A DNA stretch of 32,000 bases from Coprobacillaceae bacterium (GTDB lineage Bacteria > Bacillota_I > Bacilli_A > Erysipelotrichales > Coprobacillaceae). The position numbers and the translations under genes are program-made. The notes under the pieces were generated by a model. It did no database searches. It was not told the DNA's origin and saw only the letters and a program-made list of their open reading frames with translations. The DNA lies in contig OY780959.1 in the NCBI GenBank assembly GCA_963675915.1, positions 2,340,001 through 2,372,000 on the forward strand. Reading direction: 5' to 3'. Shown piece by piece: positions 1-10,508 of this stretch (its first letter is position 1; each line of letters opens with the position of its first letter).

Positions 1-3000
1 GCCAACAAAAAACCTTATGGTGAATGGTTGGAAACTCAGCTGGTTAAATTGGCGGAGTTGGATATTCCAAACCAAAAAACCATCAATTACACCGGTGAAG
101 ATCTTAAACGTCGTCAAAAAGTATTCGGATATACTTATGAAGATGTTGACAGCTATATCAAAGCTATGGCTATCGCCGGAAAAGAAAAAGTTATCGCCAT
201 GGGTAATGATGCGCCGTTGGCTGTTTTCTCGAAAAAACATCCACCGTTGTTCAATTACTTCAAACAATTGTTTGCTCAGGTAACCAACCCACCTATCGAT
301 GCAATCAGAGAAGAAATCGTTACTTCTTCTACTTTGTATTTGGGATGCGAAGGAAACATGCTTGAAGACAAGGCTGAAAACTGCAAATTGTTGAAAATCA
401 ACAACCCGATTCTTTCAAACCTGGATATGTTGAAAATCCGTGGTTTAAATAAGGAAGGATTCCAGGTGGCTACTGTCTCAACTACATATATCAAAAACAC
501 TTCTCTTGAAAGTGCGATTGAAAAAGTATGTAATATGGTTGACAAAGCTTACCATAAAGGTGCCAATATCATCATCCTGTCTGACCGTGAAATCGATGAT
601 TACCGCATGCCGATCCCATCATTGTTGATCACTGCGGCAGTCAATCAACATTTGGTCGATACTAAAAAACGTAACTCGGTTGCAGTGATCGTTGAATCCG
701 GAGAACCTCGTGAAGTCCATCATTTTGCGACATTACTTGGATACGGTGCCAGTGCAATCAACTCATACCTGGTTCAAGATACAATCAAAGACTTGGCTGA
801 TGCGAACATCCTGGATAAGGATTACTATGCAGCAGTTCATGATTTCAATGATGCCGTATTGCATGGTATTATCAAAATCGCTTCAAAAATGGGGATTTCA
901 ACTCTTCAATCATACCGTGGTTCGCAAAACTTCGAAGCTATCGGTCTGTCTACTTCTTTGATCAACAAATATTTCAGAGGAACTGTCAGCCGTATCGAAG
1001 GTAACGATATCCAAGATATCGAAAAAGATGTCGAATATCGTCATAACCAAGTGTTCGATCCATTGGGATTGGCTGTCGACCTGTCATTGGACGACAGTGG
1101 TGAACTGAAAGAAAGAGCTGGAGAAGAAATCCACTTATATACACCAGAAACAATCTATATGTTGCAACAGTCGACTCGTACTGGTGACTATGAATTGTTC
1201 AAAAAATATGCGGAATTGATTAATAAAGAAGGGGAAAAACTGAACCTTCGTGGTCAATTCAGATTCAAAGCCGGAAATCCGATTTCTATCGATGAAGTTG
1301 AACCGGTGTCTGAAATCGTAAAACGTTTCAAAACTGGGGCGATGTCATATGGTTCAATCTCGAAAGAGGCTCATGAATGTATGGCAATTGCAATGAACCG
1401 TCTGCAAGGACGTTCAAACTCAGGTGAAGGTGGGGAAGACGAAGAACGTTTCGAACCATTGCCAAACGGAGACAGCCGTTGTTCAGCAATCAAACAGGTT
1501 GCTTCAGGACGTTTCGGTGTAACTTCTAAATACCTTAACAGTGCCAAAGAGATTCAAATCAAGATGGCTCAAGGGGCAAAACCTGGTGAAGGTGGACAGT
1601 TGCCAGCCATGAAAGTATATCCATGGATTGCGAAAACTCGTCACTCTACTCCAGGTGTGGATCTGATTTCACCACCACCACATCATGATATCTACTCAAT
1701 TGAGGATTTGGCTCAGTTGATTTATGACTTGAAAAACGCCAACACTGGTGCGCGTATCTCGGTTAAACTGGTTTCTGAAGCCGGTGTCGGAACTGTCGCT
1801 TCAGGTGTTGCCAAAGCCGGGGCTGAAGTAATCCTGATTTCAGGATATGACGGAGGAACTGGTGCCGCTCCTAAGAACTCGGTATTCAATGCCGGATTGC
1901 CTTGGGAACTTGGACTTGTTGAAGCTCATCACTCACTGATTGAAAATGATCTTCGTAGTCATGTTGTCATCGAAACTGATGGTAAATTGATGACTGGTCG
2001 TGACCTGGCTGTAGCTGCATTGCTTGGAGCTCAGGAATACGGATTTGCTACAGTACCATTGGTAACAATGGGATGTATCATGATGCGTGTTTGTAACCTG
2101 GATACTTGTCCGGTTGGTGTTGCCACTCAAAACCCTGAATTGCGTAAACGTTTCACAGGAAAACCTGAATACGTTGAAAACTTCATGAGATTCGTGGCGC
2201 AAGACTTGCGTGAAATCATGGCTGAACTGGGATTCAGAACAATCGAAGAAATGGTAGGTCGTGTTGACTTGCTTGAAGCAGCAGAAGACTGCCCGGTTGA
2301 CCTTTCTTGCATCCTCAGCACTTCATATGTTGATGCTAAAAATGTCAAGTTTGATCCTAAACTTGTATATGATTTCCAATTGAATAAAGTCAAAGACAAT
2401 ACTGTATTGTTGAAAAAATTCAAATTGGACAAAAAAGTCAAAAAACAAAAAATCGAGCTTGAAGTCAACAACCTTGACCGAAGCTTCGGTACTATCTTCG
2501 GTTCGGAAATTACCAAGGCTTATGGGGAAACCCTTGAAGACGATACATTTGTAATCAAAGCTACCGGTTCGGGAGGACAATCTTGTGGTGCATTCATTCC
2601 TAAGGGATTGACGATCGATATTACCGGAGATACCAACGATTACTTAGGTAAAGGTCTTTCTGGTGGTAAGATCATCGTTACTACACCTGCGGAATGTGAC
2701 TTCCAACCTGATGAAAATATCATCGTCGGAAACGTATGTTTCTTCGGTGCCACTTCAGGTCAGGCTTACATCAATGGTGTGGCTGGTGAACGTTTCTGTG
2801 TCCGTAACTCAGGTGCTCGTGCTGTCGTAGAAGGTGTGGGTGACCACGGATGTGAATACATGACAGGTGGGGTTGTAGTTGTCTTAGGAAAAACAGGACG
2901 TAACTTCGCTGCCGGTATGTCCGGTGGGGTTGCATATGTTTACGACAAAGACAATACATTCTATCAAAATGTAAATCCGGCATTGGTAACATATAATCCG

Positions 3001-3252
3001 GTTGCATCTAAATATGACAAAGAACAATTAAAAGAATTAATTACAAATCATTACAACGCAACAAAATCAGAAGTTGCTAAAGAAATCTTAGAAGACTTCG
3101 AAAATAAAGCTCATATGTTCAAGAAAGTTATCCCGGTTGTATACCGCCGTATGATCGAATCAATCAAAAAATACGAACAACTTGGACTTACTAACGAACA
3201 AGCAAGAATTGAAGCTTTCAACGACGTTAAGAAAGGAGCTAATCATGGGTAA
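1..3252 (+). CDS. gltB: Glutamate synthase large subunit, 5'-truncated by the window edge (central, FMN-binding and C-terminal GXGXG domains present)
   Basis: Frame 1 is open from nt 1 (track ORF 28..3252). Motifs GAMSYGSIS, SNSGEGGE, QGAKPGEGGQLP, ISPPPHHDIYSIEDL and CNLDTCPVGVATQNPELR. The stop overlaps the next start (ATGGGTAA). Confidence 0.95.
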   Translation, partial: ANKKPYGEWLETQLVKLAELDIPNQKTINYTGEDLKRRQKVFGYTYEDVDSYIKAMAIAGKEKVIAMGNDAPLAVFSKKHPPLFNYFKQLFAQVTNPPIDAIREEIVTSSTLYLGCEGNMLEDKAENCKLLKINNPILSNLDMLKIRGLNKEGFQVATVSTTYIKNTSLESAIEKVCNMVDKAYHKGANIIILSDREIDDYRMPIPSLLITAAVNQHLVDTKKRNSVAVIVESGEPREVHHFATLLGYGASAINSYLVQDTIKDLADANILDKDYYAAVHDFNDAVLHGIIKIASKMGISTLQSYRGSQNFEAIGLSTSLINKYFRGTVSRIEGNDIQDIEKDVEYRHNQVFDPLGLAVDLSLDDSGELKERAGEEIHLYTPETIYMLQQSTRTGDYELFKKYAELINKEGEKLNLRGQFRFKAGNPISIDEVEPVSEIVKRFKTGAMSYGSISKEAHECMAIAMNRLQGRSNSGEGGEDEERFEPLPNGDSRCSAIKQVASGRFGVTSKYLNSAKEIQIKMAQGAKPGEGGQLPAMKVYPWIAKTRHSTPGVDLISPPPHHDIYSIEDLAQLIYDLKNANTGARISVKLVSEAGVGTVASGVAKAGAEVILISGYDGGTGAAPKNSVFNAGLPWELGLVEAHHSLIENDLRSHVVIETDGKLMTGRDLAVAALLGAQEYGFATVPLVTMGCIMMRVCNLDTCPVGVATQNPELRKRFTGKPEYVENFMRFVAQDLREIMAELGFRTIEEMVGRVDLLEAAEDCPVDLSCILSTSYVDAKNVKFDPKLVYDFQLNKVKDNTVLLKKFKLDKKVKKQKIELEVNNLDRSFGTIFGSEITKAYGETLEDDTFVIKATGSGGQSCGAFIPKGLTIDITGDTNDYLGKGLSGGKIIVTTPAECDFQPDENIIVGNVCFFGATSGQAYINGVAGERFCVRNSGARAVVEGVGDHGCEYMTGGVVVVLGKTGRNFAAGMSGGVAYVYDKDNTFYQNVNPALVTYNPVASKYDKEQLKELITNHYNATKSEVAKEILEDFENKAHMFKKVIPVVYRRMIESIKKYEQLGLTNEQARIEAFNDVKKGANHG

Positions 3253-4723
3253 AACGACTGGATTCATGGATTATGACCGTAAAGTTTCCAAAGCGGATGA
3301 TCCAAAAGAAAGAATCAAACATTTTAATGAATTCCACGAGCCATTGAGCCAAGAAGAGCAAGCCTTGCAAGGTGCGCGCTGTATGGACTGTGGTATCCCA
3401 TATTGCCAATCTGGTTCTACTATCAGCGGATTCACAATTGGTTGTCCTTTAAATAACCTGATTCCTGAATGGAATGATTCAGTTTATCATAATAATTATC
3501 CTAAAGCTTTGGAAAGATTGCTGAAAACCAGCAACTTTCCGGAGTTTACTGCCAGAGTTTGTCCGGCACCATGTGAAGCTGCTTGTACATGCAGTCTTAA
3601 TGGTGATGCGGTATCAATCAAAGAAAACGAATTCGCAATCATTGAATACGGGTTCGAAAATGGATTGGTTACCCCACAAATTCCGGAAACCAGAATCGAC
3701 AAGAAAATCGCAGTTATCGGTTCAGGACCAGCTGGTCTTGCGGCCGCTGACACTCTTAACAAACGTGGTTACCAAGTAACTGTCTTTGAAAAAGCTGATC
3801 GTGTCGGGGGATTGTTGATGTATGGAATTCCAAACATGAAACTGGAAAAAAACATCATCGACCGTCGGATCGATTTGATGCGTGCCGAAGGTGTTGAATT
3901 CCTGGTGAACAATGCAGTTTCTTCTAAAGCCAAAGCGAAAGAAATCCTTGATAATTATGACCGTGTTGTAATTGCAACTGGTGCCAGCAAGGCTCGTGAC
4001 ATCAATGTTCCTAACCGCGGTGGTAAAGGTGTTTACTTCGCAATGGAATTTTTAACAAGCGTGACCAAATCATTGCTTGACAGCAATTTCGAAGATAAAA
4101 AATTCATCGATGCCAAAGACAAGAATGTCGTGGTAATCGGCGGTGGGGATACAGGAAATGACTGTGTCGGTACTTCAATCCGTCAAGGCTGCAAATCGGT
4201 AGTCCAACTGGAAATGATGCCGGAACCACCAATGAAAAGAGCCGAGAACAATCCTTGGCCTGAATGGCCACTGACTAAGAAAACTGACTACGGTCAAGAA
4301 GAAAGTATCGCAGTTTTCAATAAGGATCCTCGAGTATTCCAAACAACAGTTGAAGAATTCATCGTTGACAAAGACAACAATCTGACAGGAGTAAAAACTG
4401 TCAAATTGAAATTCGATGTTGTTGATGGAAGACGAGTGATGGAAAAAGTTGCCGGAAGCGAAAAAGTGATCAAAGCTGAATTGGTTTTCATCGCTGCAGG
4501 TTTCGTAGGTTGTGACGACAAAGTCGCAGACTATTTCGGAGTCGAATTGACTGACCGCGGAAATGTAAGAGCTGACGAAAACTTCAGAACTGTCAAAGAT
4601 AAAGTTTATGTTGCCGGAGATGTGCGTCGCGGACAATCATTGATTGTACATGCAATGAATGAAGGTAGAATCGCAGCAAAAGCAATCGACAAAGATTTGA
4701 TGGGTTACACTAATATCGATTAA
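3245..4723 (+). CDS. gltD: Glutamate synthase small subunit (NADPH-dependent, Fe-S/FAD)
   Basis: Track ORF 3182 trimmed to ATG 3245, which has AAAGGAG 6 nt upstream. Motifs CMDCGIPYCQ, GCPLNNLIPEWN and GSGPAGLAAA..FEK..R.GGL. Translationally coupled to gltB. Confidence 0.93.
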   Translation: MGKTTGFMDYDRKVSKADDPKERIKHFNEFHEPLSQEEQALQGARCMDCGIPYCQSGSTISGFTIGCPLNNLIPEWNDSVYHNNYPKALERLLKTSNFPEFTARVCPAPCEAACTCSLNGDAVSIKENEFAIIEYGFENGLVTPQIPETRIDKKIAVIGSGPAGLAAADTLNKRGYQVTVFEKADRVGGLLMYGIPNMKLEKNIIDRRIDLMRAEGVEFLVNNAVSSKAKAKEILDNYDRVVIATGASKARDINVPNRGGKGVYFAMEFLTSVTKSLLDSNFEDKKFIDAKDKNVVVIGGGDTGNDCVGTSIRQGCKSVVQLEMMPEPPMKRAENNPWPEWPLTKKTDYGQEESIAVFNKDPRVFQTTVEEFIVDKDNNLTGVKTVKLKFDVVDGRRVMEKVAGSEKVIKAELVFIAAGFVGCDDKVADYFGVELTDRGNVRADENFRTVKDKVYVAGDVRRGQSLIVHAMNEGRIAAKAIDKDLMGYTNID

Positions 4724-4733
4724 TTGAATTTGA

Positions 4734-4778
4734 AGCGTCTTAGAGAAATGACAAACTCATTTCTCAAGGCGCTTTTTT
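4734..4778 (+). terminator. Rho-independent terminator after gltD
   Basis: AGCGTCTTAGAGAAATGA / TCATTTCTCAAGGCGCT stem (two mismatches or wobbles) followed by TTTTTT. Confidence 0.8.
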
Positions 4779-4801
4779 ATATTTCAATATCATTTCATTT
4801 T

Positions 4802-4810
4802 TGTTATAAT
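4802..4810 (+). promoter_or_regulatory. Extended -10 element (TGtTATAAT) in front of cdaA
   Basis: TG-N-TATAAT at 4802-4810, directly after the gltD terminator. It ends only 5 nt before the first in-frame ATG (4816). Confidence 0.55.
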
Positions 4811-4815
4811 TAACT

Positions 4816-5640
4816 ATGAAAGTGGTGATGAAAATGTCGATAACAGAACTGATAATGGTTTTTATAAATGTAATAAGAGTGGCCGTTGATTTTGCGCTTG
4901 TCTGGTTTATTTTGCACCGGATTATGATAACTTTTACGCAAAACACCCGGACCCTTCAACTGTTCAAAGGGGTGCTGATGGTATTTGTTGCCAAGCTGAT
5001 AACCACTATCTTCGGGCTTACAACCCTGGACACCTTGGTGAACATTATCCTCGCTTCGGGGATTGTCATCGCAGTGATTGTCTTCCAACCGGAAATCCGA
5101 TCCCTGCTGGAAAAAATTGGTCAGACCAGACTTGAATATAACCTGGCTGATTTGTCGGATACCCAAAAACAGTTCGTCCTTGACGAATTGTGCACTACGA
5201 TAACCAACCTTTCAATCTCCCAAACGGGAGCTTTAATTACGTTTGAAAGGACAAATTCCCTGATTGACTATATCAGCACCGGAACCCAGATCAACGCCGA
5301 TATCAAAAGCGAACTTCTGGAGTCGATTTTCTACGATGGTACGCCATTGCATGATGGGGCGGTAATAATCACCGGGAACCGGATCGCAGCGGCTTCAGCT
5401 TTTTTCCCTTCAACCCAGAAAGAATTGAGTCCGATCTATGGAGCCCGTCACCGGGCAGCTCTGGGAATCAGTGAGATAACAGATTCACTGACCGTAGTAA
5501 TCTCCGAGGAGACGGGGACCATCTCTTTTGCGATAGATGGTGAACTCATCAAAGTGTCCCGCCCGGAATTAAAAGCCAAACTGATTCAGGAATTGGTCTG
5601 GTTTGAAAGTTCTAAAAAGGAGGTTGAGTTGGATGCCTAA
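4816..5640 (+). CDS. cdaA: Diadenylate cyclase CdaA (membrane-anchored DAC domain)
   Basis: DAC motifs DGAVII, GARHRAALGISE and VVISEETG. Hydrophobic N-terminal third. Conserved cdaA-cdaR-glmM gene order. The start is ambiguous: ATG at 4816, 4828 or 4834. Confidence 0.92.
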   Translation: MKVVMKMSITELIMVFINVIRVAVDFALVWFILHRIMITFTQNTRTLQLFKGVLMVFVAKLITTIFGLTTLDTLVNIILASGIVIAVIVFQPEIRSLLEKIGQTRLEYNLADLSDTQKQFVLDELCTTITNLSISQTGALITFERTNSLIDYISTGTQINADIKSELLESIFYDGTPLHDGAVIITGNRIAAASAFFPSTQKELSPIYGARHRAALGISEITDSLTVVISEETGTISFAIDGELIKVSRPELKAKLIQELVWFESSKKEVELDA

Positions 5641-7033
5641 AAATCGCGATAATCGTCGGACTTCGACGACTGACAATTTTTTAAAGACAATCGCAAAACA
5701 GCAGTCTAAAAGCGAGAGCAAAAAGACTGAACGTGAAGAATATTATGGTTATGCAACCATCACCAATAAACTTAAAAACTTCGGGGTTATGGTGATCAAT
5801 TCCCTGAACAGTTTTTTTGACCGGACCTTGTCATCAAGAGGAGCGGTCAGCGTCCTGTCATTTGTCTTCACGATGCTGTTGGCATTTTATGTCAATGGCG
5901 GAGATTTTTCTTCAATTCTGCGAACCCCGACCAGCGGTGAATTCCTCAACGAGGTGCCGGTTTCAATTCGCGGATTGGACAACGATCTGGTTTGCCTGGG
6001 GGCGCCGGAATCGGTAACCTTGGGATTAATCGGTCCGTCACTCGATATTTATTCAACTAAACTGTCAAGTGACTATTCGATTTATATGGACCTTTCAGAC
6101 GCGACAGTCGGTCAGATGACAGTCGATCTCAATGCGACGGGGTTCCCACGTGATCTTCAAGTTTTGATTGTTCCCCAAAACACTACGGTGACAATCGCTC
6201 AGAAAATCACTCAGACATTCCCGTTGGATTATGAATTTATCAACCGCAACGAACTTGGCAATGATTTGTCGGTATCAGTCGAGTCGCTCGAACATCAGGA
6301 AGTTGAAGTGAGCGGGGCGCAAAGTCAGATCGACCTGATCAACTCGGTCAAAGCCCAGGTAGATGTGGCTGATCAAACCGGTTCATTCGTCCAGGATTGT
6401 CCGATTGTTGCTTATGATCGCAGCGGCAACGCCCTTGATGTGACAATCACACCGGGAACGGTTGAAGCCACTTGTTCGGTCAGCGACTACAGCAAAGAGG
6501 TCAATATCGTACCTGAATACGTGGGACAGCTGTCAAGCGGATATGCAATCACGGATATCACGCTGTCGGATACCGTGGTCAAAATCTACGGCAAAGAGGA
6601 AGATCTCAATTCAATCAGCAGTGTGAGCTGCAATATTGACATATCCGATCTTAAAAATGACGTTTCTTTTGAAGACTTGAGTCTTAACATCCCAAGTGAA
6701 GTATACAAGGCATCTTTGAGTTCGGTCGATGTTGATTTGAAGATAGATGAGAACAGTTCAACTAGAATCATTCAGAATATCCCGATAACATTGACAAACA
6801 ATGCGAATAACTACAATGTGACATTCGCAACCAATGAAAGTGCCGCTTCACTTAGAATTACCGGTCCGGCGTATGAAATCGCCCGACTGACCGCAAGCGA
6901 CATCGTGGCAGCAATTGACATGACCAATGTCAAAATCGGAACCTCGACGGTTCCGGTGAAAATCACCATCGATGACATCTTCACTTATGTGTTCGTGTCA
7001 TTGGATGAAGTAGAAATAACAGTAAGCCAATAA
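5633..7033 (+). CDS. cdaR: CdaA regulatory protein CdaR (YbbR-domain protein)
   Basis: Track ORF 5603 trimmed to ATG 5633, which has AAGGAGG 9 nt upstream and overlaps the cdaA stop. One N-terminal TM segment followed by repeated beta-rich modules. Sits between cdaA and glmM. Confidence 0.8.
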   Translation: MPKNRDNRRTSTTDNFLKTIAKQQSKSESKKTEREEYYGYATITNKLKNFGVMVINSLNSFFDRTLSSRGAVSVLSFVFTMLLAFYVNGGDFSSILRTPTSGEFLNEVPVSIRGLDNDLVCLGAPESVTLGLIGPSLDIYSTKLSSDYSIYMDLSDATVGQMTVDLNATGFPRDLQVLIVPQNTTVTIAQKITQTFPLDYEFINRNELGNDLSVSVESLEHQEVEVSGAQSQIDLINSVKAQVDVADQTGSFVQDCPIVAYDRSGNALDVTITPGTVEATCSVSDYSKEVNIVPEYVGQLSSGYAITDITLSDTVVKIYGKEEDLNSISSVSCNIDISDLKNDVSFEDLSLNIPSEVYKASLSSVDVDLKIDENSSTRIIQNIPITLTNNANNYNVTFATNESAASLRITGPAYEIARLTASDIVAAIDMTNVKIGTSTVPVKITIDDIFTYVFVSLDEVEITVSQ

Positions 7034-7048
7034 ATAGAGGAGAATTAT

Positions 7049-8392
7049 ATGGGTAAATATTTTGGAACAGATGGATTCAGAGGAGAGGCGAATATCGACC
7101 TTACGGTTGAACATGCCTATAAAGTGGGAAGATACCTGGGATGGTATTTTTCACAAGGCAAACGGGCTCAAATCGTAATCGGAAAAGACACCCGTCGTTC
7201 TTCATACATGTTTGAATATTCACTGGTGGCTGGTCTTACAGCCAGTGGAGCCGACGTCAGTCTGCTTCACGTTACAACAACGCCTTCAGTCTCATACATC
7301 ACCAGAATCGATGGATTTGACTGTGGGATCATGATCTCGGCCTCACATAATCCGTTTTATGACAACGGAATCAAGATTCTCGATTCCAACGGTCATAAGA
7401 TGTCAAGTGATGTCGAAGATAAGATTGAGGCATATATCGATGGTGAAATCGACGAGCTGCCTCTGGCGACCAAGGAAAATATCGGAGCGGCTTCGGATTA
7501 TTCAGTAGGTCGGAACCGATATATCGGGTATCTTCTTTCAATACCAACCAGAGCGTTCAAGAATATCAGAGTCGGACTGGATTGCTCAAATGGAGCCAGC
7601 AGCGATATTGCCAAAGCGGTATTCGATGCCCTGGGAGCAAAGACATTCGTAATCAACAACAATCCCAATGGTCTTAATATCAACAAGAACTGTGGTTCGA
7701 CTCATATCGAGGTTCTGCAGGAATATGTCCGCAAGAATGGTCTCGATGTCGGTTTTGCCTATGATGGTGATGCTGACCGCTGCATTGCAGTGGATGAATT
7801 CGGACGGATTGTCGACGGAGATGGAATCCTGTATGTTTGTGGAAAATATCTCAAACAGCACAATGAACTGGAAAATGATACGGTTGTGACGACAATCATG
7901 TCTAATCTGGGCTTGTACAAAGCCTTTGATGAAGAAGGAATCAAATACGAAAAAACCGCAGTAGGTGACAAGTACGTCAACGAAAACATGGTCAAAAACG
8001 GGCATGTTCTTGGCGGAGAACAGTCAGGACATATCATCTTTGCCAAAAATGCGACTACCGGAGACGGGATTTTGACATCTTTGAAAGTTATGGAAGCGAT
8101 GATTGAATCGAAAAAGACCCTGGCTCAGCTGACTGACACGCTGGACATCTTCCCTCAGTTGATGAAAAATGTCCGGGTTACCAATAAACAGGCAGCGCAG
8201 GAAAATGAAGCGGTTAAAGCGATTATCGAAGAAGTATCCCAGGAATTGGGAACTGAAGGTCGGGTTCTGGTTCGTGAATCGGGAACTGAACCGGTTATCC
8301 GGGTTATGGTGGAAGCTGCCACCGATTATATCTGCGAGGATTGCGTCAACCGAATTGTCGAAGTGATCAAGGAAACCGGATTCGCAGTATAA
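7049..8392 (+). CDS. glmM: Phosphoglucosamine mutase
   Basis: GIMISASHNPFYDNGIK phosphoserine loop and the DGDADR metal site. Full-length 447 aa. GAGGAG Shine-Dalgarno (SD) sequence. Confidence 0.95.
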   Translation: MGKYFGTDGFRGEANIDLTVEHAYKVGRYLGWYFSQGKRAQIVIGKDTRRSSYMFEYSLVAGLTASGADVSLLHVTTTPSVSYITRIDGFDCGIMISASHNPFYDNGIKILDSNGHKMSSDVEDKIEAYIDGEIDELPLATKENIGAASDYSVGRNRYIGYLLSIPTRAFKNIRVGLDCSNGASSDIAKAVFDALGAKTFVINNNPNGLNINKNCGSTHIEVLQEYVRKNGLDVGFAYDGDADRCIAVDEFGRIVDGDGILYVCGKYLKQHNELENDTVVTTIMSNLGLYKAFDEEGIKYEKTAVGDKYVNENMVKNGHVLGGEQSGHIIFAKNATTGDGILTSLKVMEAMIESKKTLAQLTDTLDIFPQLMKNVRVTNKQAAQENEAVKAIIEEVSQELGTEGRVLVRESGTEPVIRVMVEAATDYICEDCVNRIVEVIKETGFAV

Positions 8393-8461
8393 CATTATTT
8401 TCCATATTTAAGTCGAATTTATGCAATATTTCTGTTTTAAAATAAGGCGAGGTGAACAGCT

Positions 8462-9115
8462 ATGAAATTTAAAATAAACATAATTGATGATGAAAAAAAT
8501 TTGAATGACTTGGTGAGAACCTATCTGGAAAAGGAAGGTTACATAGTCACTTCATTTTACAAATACAACGACGCCCTTGCTCATGTCGATGATGATGTCC
8601 AGTTATGGTTGTTAGACATAATGCTTGATCAAAACAGCGGATACGAACTTTTCAATCATATCCGCAACGCCAAGCCGAAAATGCCGATAATTTTCATGTC
8701 GGCCCGCGATCAGGAATTTGACCGGATTTTCGGGCTTGAACAGGGAAGTGATGACTATATCACCAAACCGTTCAATGTCAAGGAACTGGTCTTGCGGGTT
8801 AACAACCTGATCAAAAGATCATATGACAATCCAAGTATCATCAACATTGACGGTTACTTGATTGACGGCGAAAAGCGTCGGGTTTATTTCGAAGATGAAG
8901 AGGTCATTCTCACTACCAAGGAATATGACCTGCTGATCTACTTTGTGACCAACCGCGGAATGGCAATCAGCCGGGAACAGGTTCTTGTCAACGTCTGGGA
9001 TGAAAATTATTTTGGTTCCGATCGGGTTGTCGACGATACGCTGAGAAGGCTTAGAAAGAAATTGCCTAATATCAACATCAGAACGATGTATGGTTACGGT
9101 TACCGGTTAGACTGA
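8462..9115 (+). CDS. OmpR/PhoB-family response regulator
   Basis: Receiver domain (IIDDE acidic pocket, LLDIML phospho-Asp, ITKPF Lys) plus a winged-helix C-terminus (TMYGYGYRL). Confidence 0.9.
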   Translation: MKFKINIIDDEKNLNDLVRTYLEKEGYIVTSFYKYNDALAHVDDDVQLWLLDIMLDQNSGYELFNHIRNAKPKMPIIFMSARDQEFDRIFGLEQGSDDYITKPFNVKELVLRVNNLIKRSYDNPSIINIDGYLIDGEKRRVYFEDEEVILTTKEYDLLIYFVTNRGMAISREQVLVNVWDENYFGSDRVVDDTLRRLRKKLPNINIRTMYGYGYRLD

Positions 9116-10443
9116 TGCTCAAGCAATTCCCGCTGCGCCATCAGTTGCTGATTATCATTGTCTGCATGGCCGCAGCTTTGCTGGTGATTGTCATGCCGCT
9201 GATCAACCATAATCTGTCACAGGTTATCGATGACGATCTTTTTGAAGATCTCAACAAGGCCCAAACCAATTATCTTGAGTATGGATTTGCACCAACTGCC
9301 AGTCATGTCGAGGAACAGATTTACCATCTTGACATTGATATGAACCGGGAAATCATCAGTGTATCCAAGCTGATGACAATCGACCGCGCCTATTTGATTT
9401 TCAATGAAGTGGTCAGAAACGATCTGGTCAGCATGATCAACAATCCGGATATCGGTCATCTCGACAGTAAGAAAGTTTTCGAAAACGATACTCTCTACTA
9501 TTCCATCAATGCCAATGGCAATAACAACTATACGGTATCGATTCTTTACAGCACTTATTCCAATGATCTCGTTGATTCGATCCAAAGTCAGATCATCTAT
9601 ATCTTCTATGGAATTCTGATTGTCTTTTTCGGAGTACTGGCTTTATGGGTGACGTCCCTGATATCGCCCCTAAGAAGAATGAATCGCTTTATCAAAGGGG
9701 TCAAGGCTGGAAAAACAGAGGATATCAAAATTGTGCGCGATGATGAAATTGGCCAGGTTTATGAATCGTTGGTTGAGATGGTTGCCGAATTGGACCGTCA
9801 AAACAAAATCAAAGAGGAAATGATGCATAATATTTCTCATGATCTAAAAACTCCGATTACCCTGATTCAAACCTATTCCCAGTCGGTCAAGGACGATATT
9901 TATCCATATGGCAACAAAGAAGCGTCGATGGATGTCATTATTGAAAATGCCGATCGGCTTGAAAGCAAGGTTGGGCAACTGCTGCATTTGAACCGCTTGG
10001 ATTATCTGGCTCAGCAAGATCCTGAAGAACTGGTCGACATGAAGAGTCTGATCGAGGTTACTGCCAACCAGTTCAAGTTCATGAGACCAGAAATCGAAAT
10101 CGATCTCAATCTCGAACAGGTCTATTTCATCGGGGATCAGGAGTCCTGGCATATTGCGATTGAAAATCTGCTTTCCAACGGGTACCGTTATGTTGAAAGC
10201 AAATTTATCATAACTCTTAAAAACGGCAGTTTGGTGGTCTATAACGATGGGGAACATTTTGATGAGGAAATCATCAAGTCGATGTTTAATCCCTATGAGA
10301 AGGGAAATAAAGGCCAATTCGGGCTAGGTTTATCCATCGTTAAGAAGACATGTGACATTTACGGCTATGATCTTACTGCTCAAAACGAAGAATATGGTGT
10401 AAGTTTCAAAATTACAGTTAAAAACAATGGAAACTCGCTCTAA
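9115..10443 (+). CDS. Sensor histidine kinase (two TM segments, extracytoplasmic loop, HAMP, HisKA, HATPase)
   Basis: H-box HNISHDLKTPIT, plus NGYRY and GLGLSIV boxes. The ATG overlaps the response-regulator stop by 1 nt. Confidence 0.9.
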   Translation: MLKQFPLRHQLLIIIVCMAAALLVIVMPLINHNLSQVIDDDLFEDLNKAQTNYLEYGFAPTASHVEEQIYHLDIDMNREIISVSKLMTIDRAYLIFNEVVRNDLVSMINNPDIGHLDSKKVFENDTLYYSINANGNNNYTVSILYSTYSNDLVDSIQSQIIYIFYGILIVFFGVLALWVTSLISPLRRMNRFIKGVKAGKTEDIKIVRDDEIGQVYESLVEMVAELDRQNKIKEEMMHNISHDLKTPITLIQTYSQSVKDDIYPYGNKEASMDVIIENADRLESKVGQLLHLNRLDYLAQQDPEELVDMKSLIEVTANQFKFMRPEIEIDLNLEQVYFIGDQESWHIAIENLLSNGYRYVESKFIITLKNGSLVVYNDGEHFDEEIIKSMFNPYEKGNKGQFGLGLSIVKKTCDIYGYDLTAQNEEYGVSFKITVKNNGNSL

Positions 10444-10508
10444 AAAGCGGGTTTTTGTTTGATTGAAATTGATTTTCGCTTATAATGTATAAAGAAAGTT
10501 GGTGAAGT

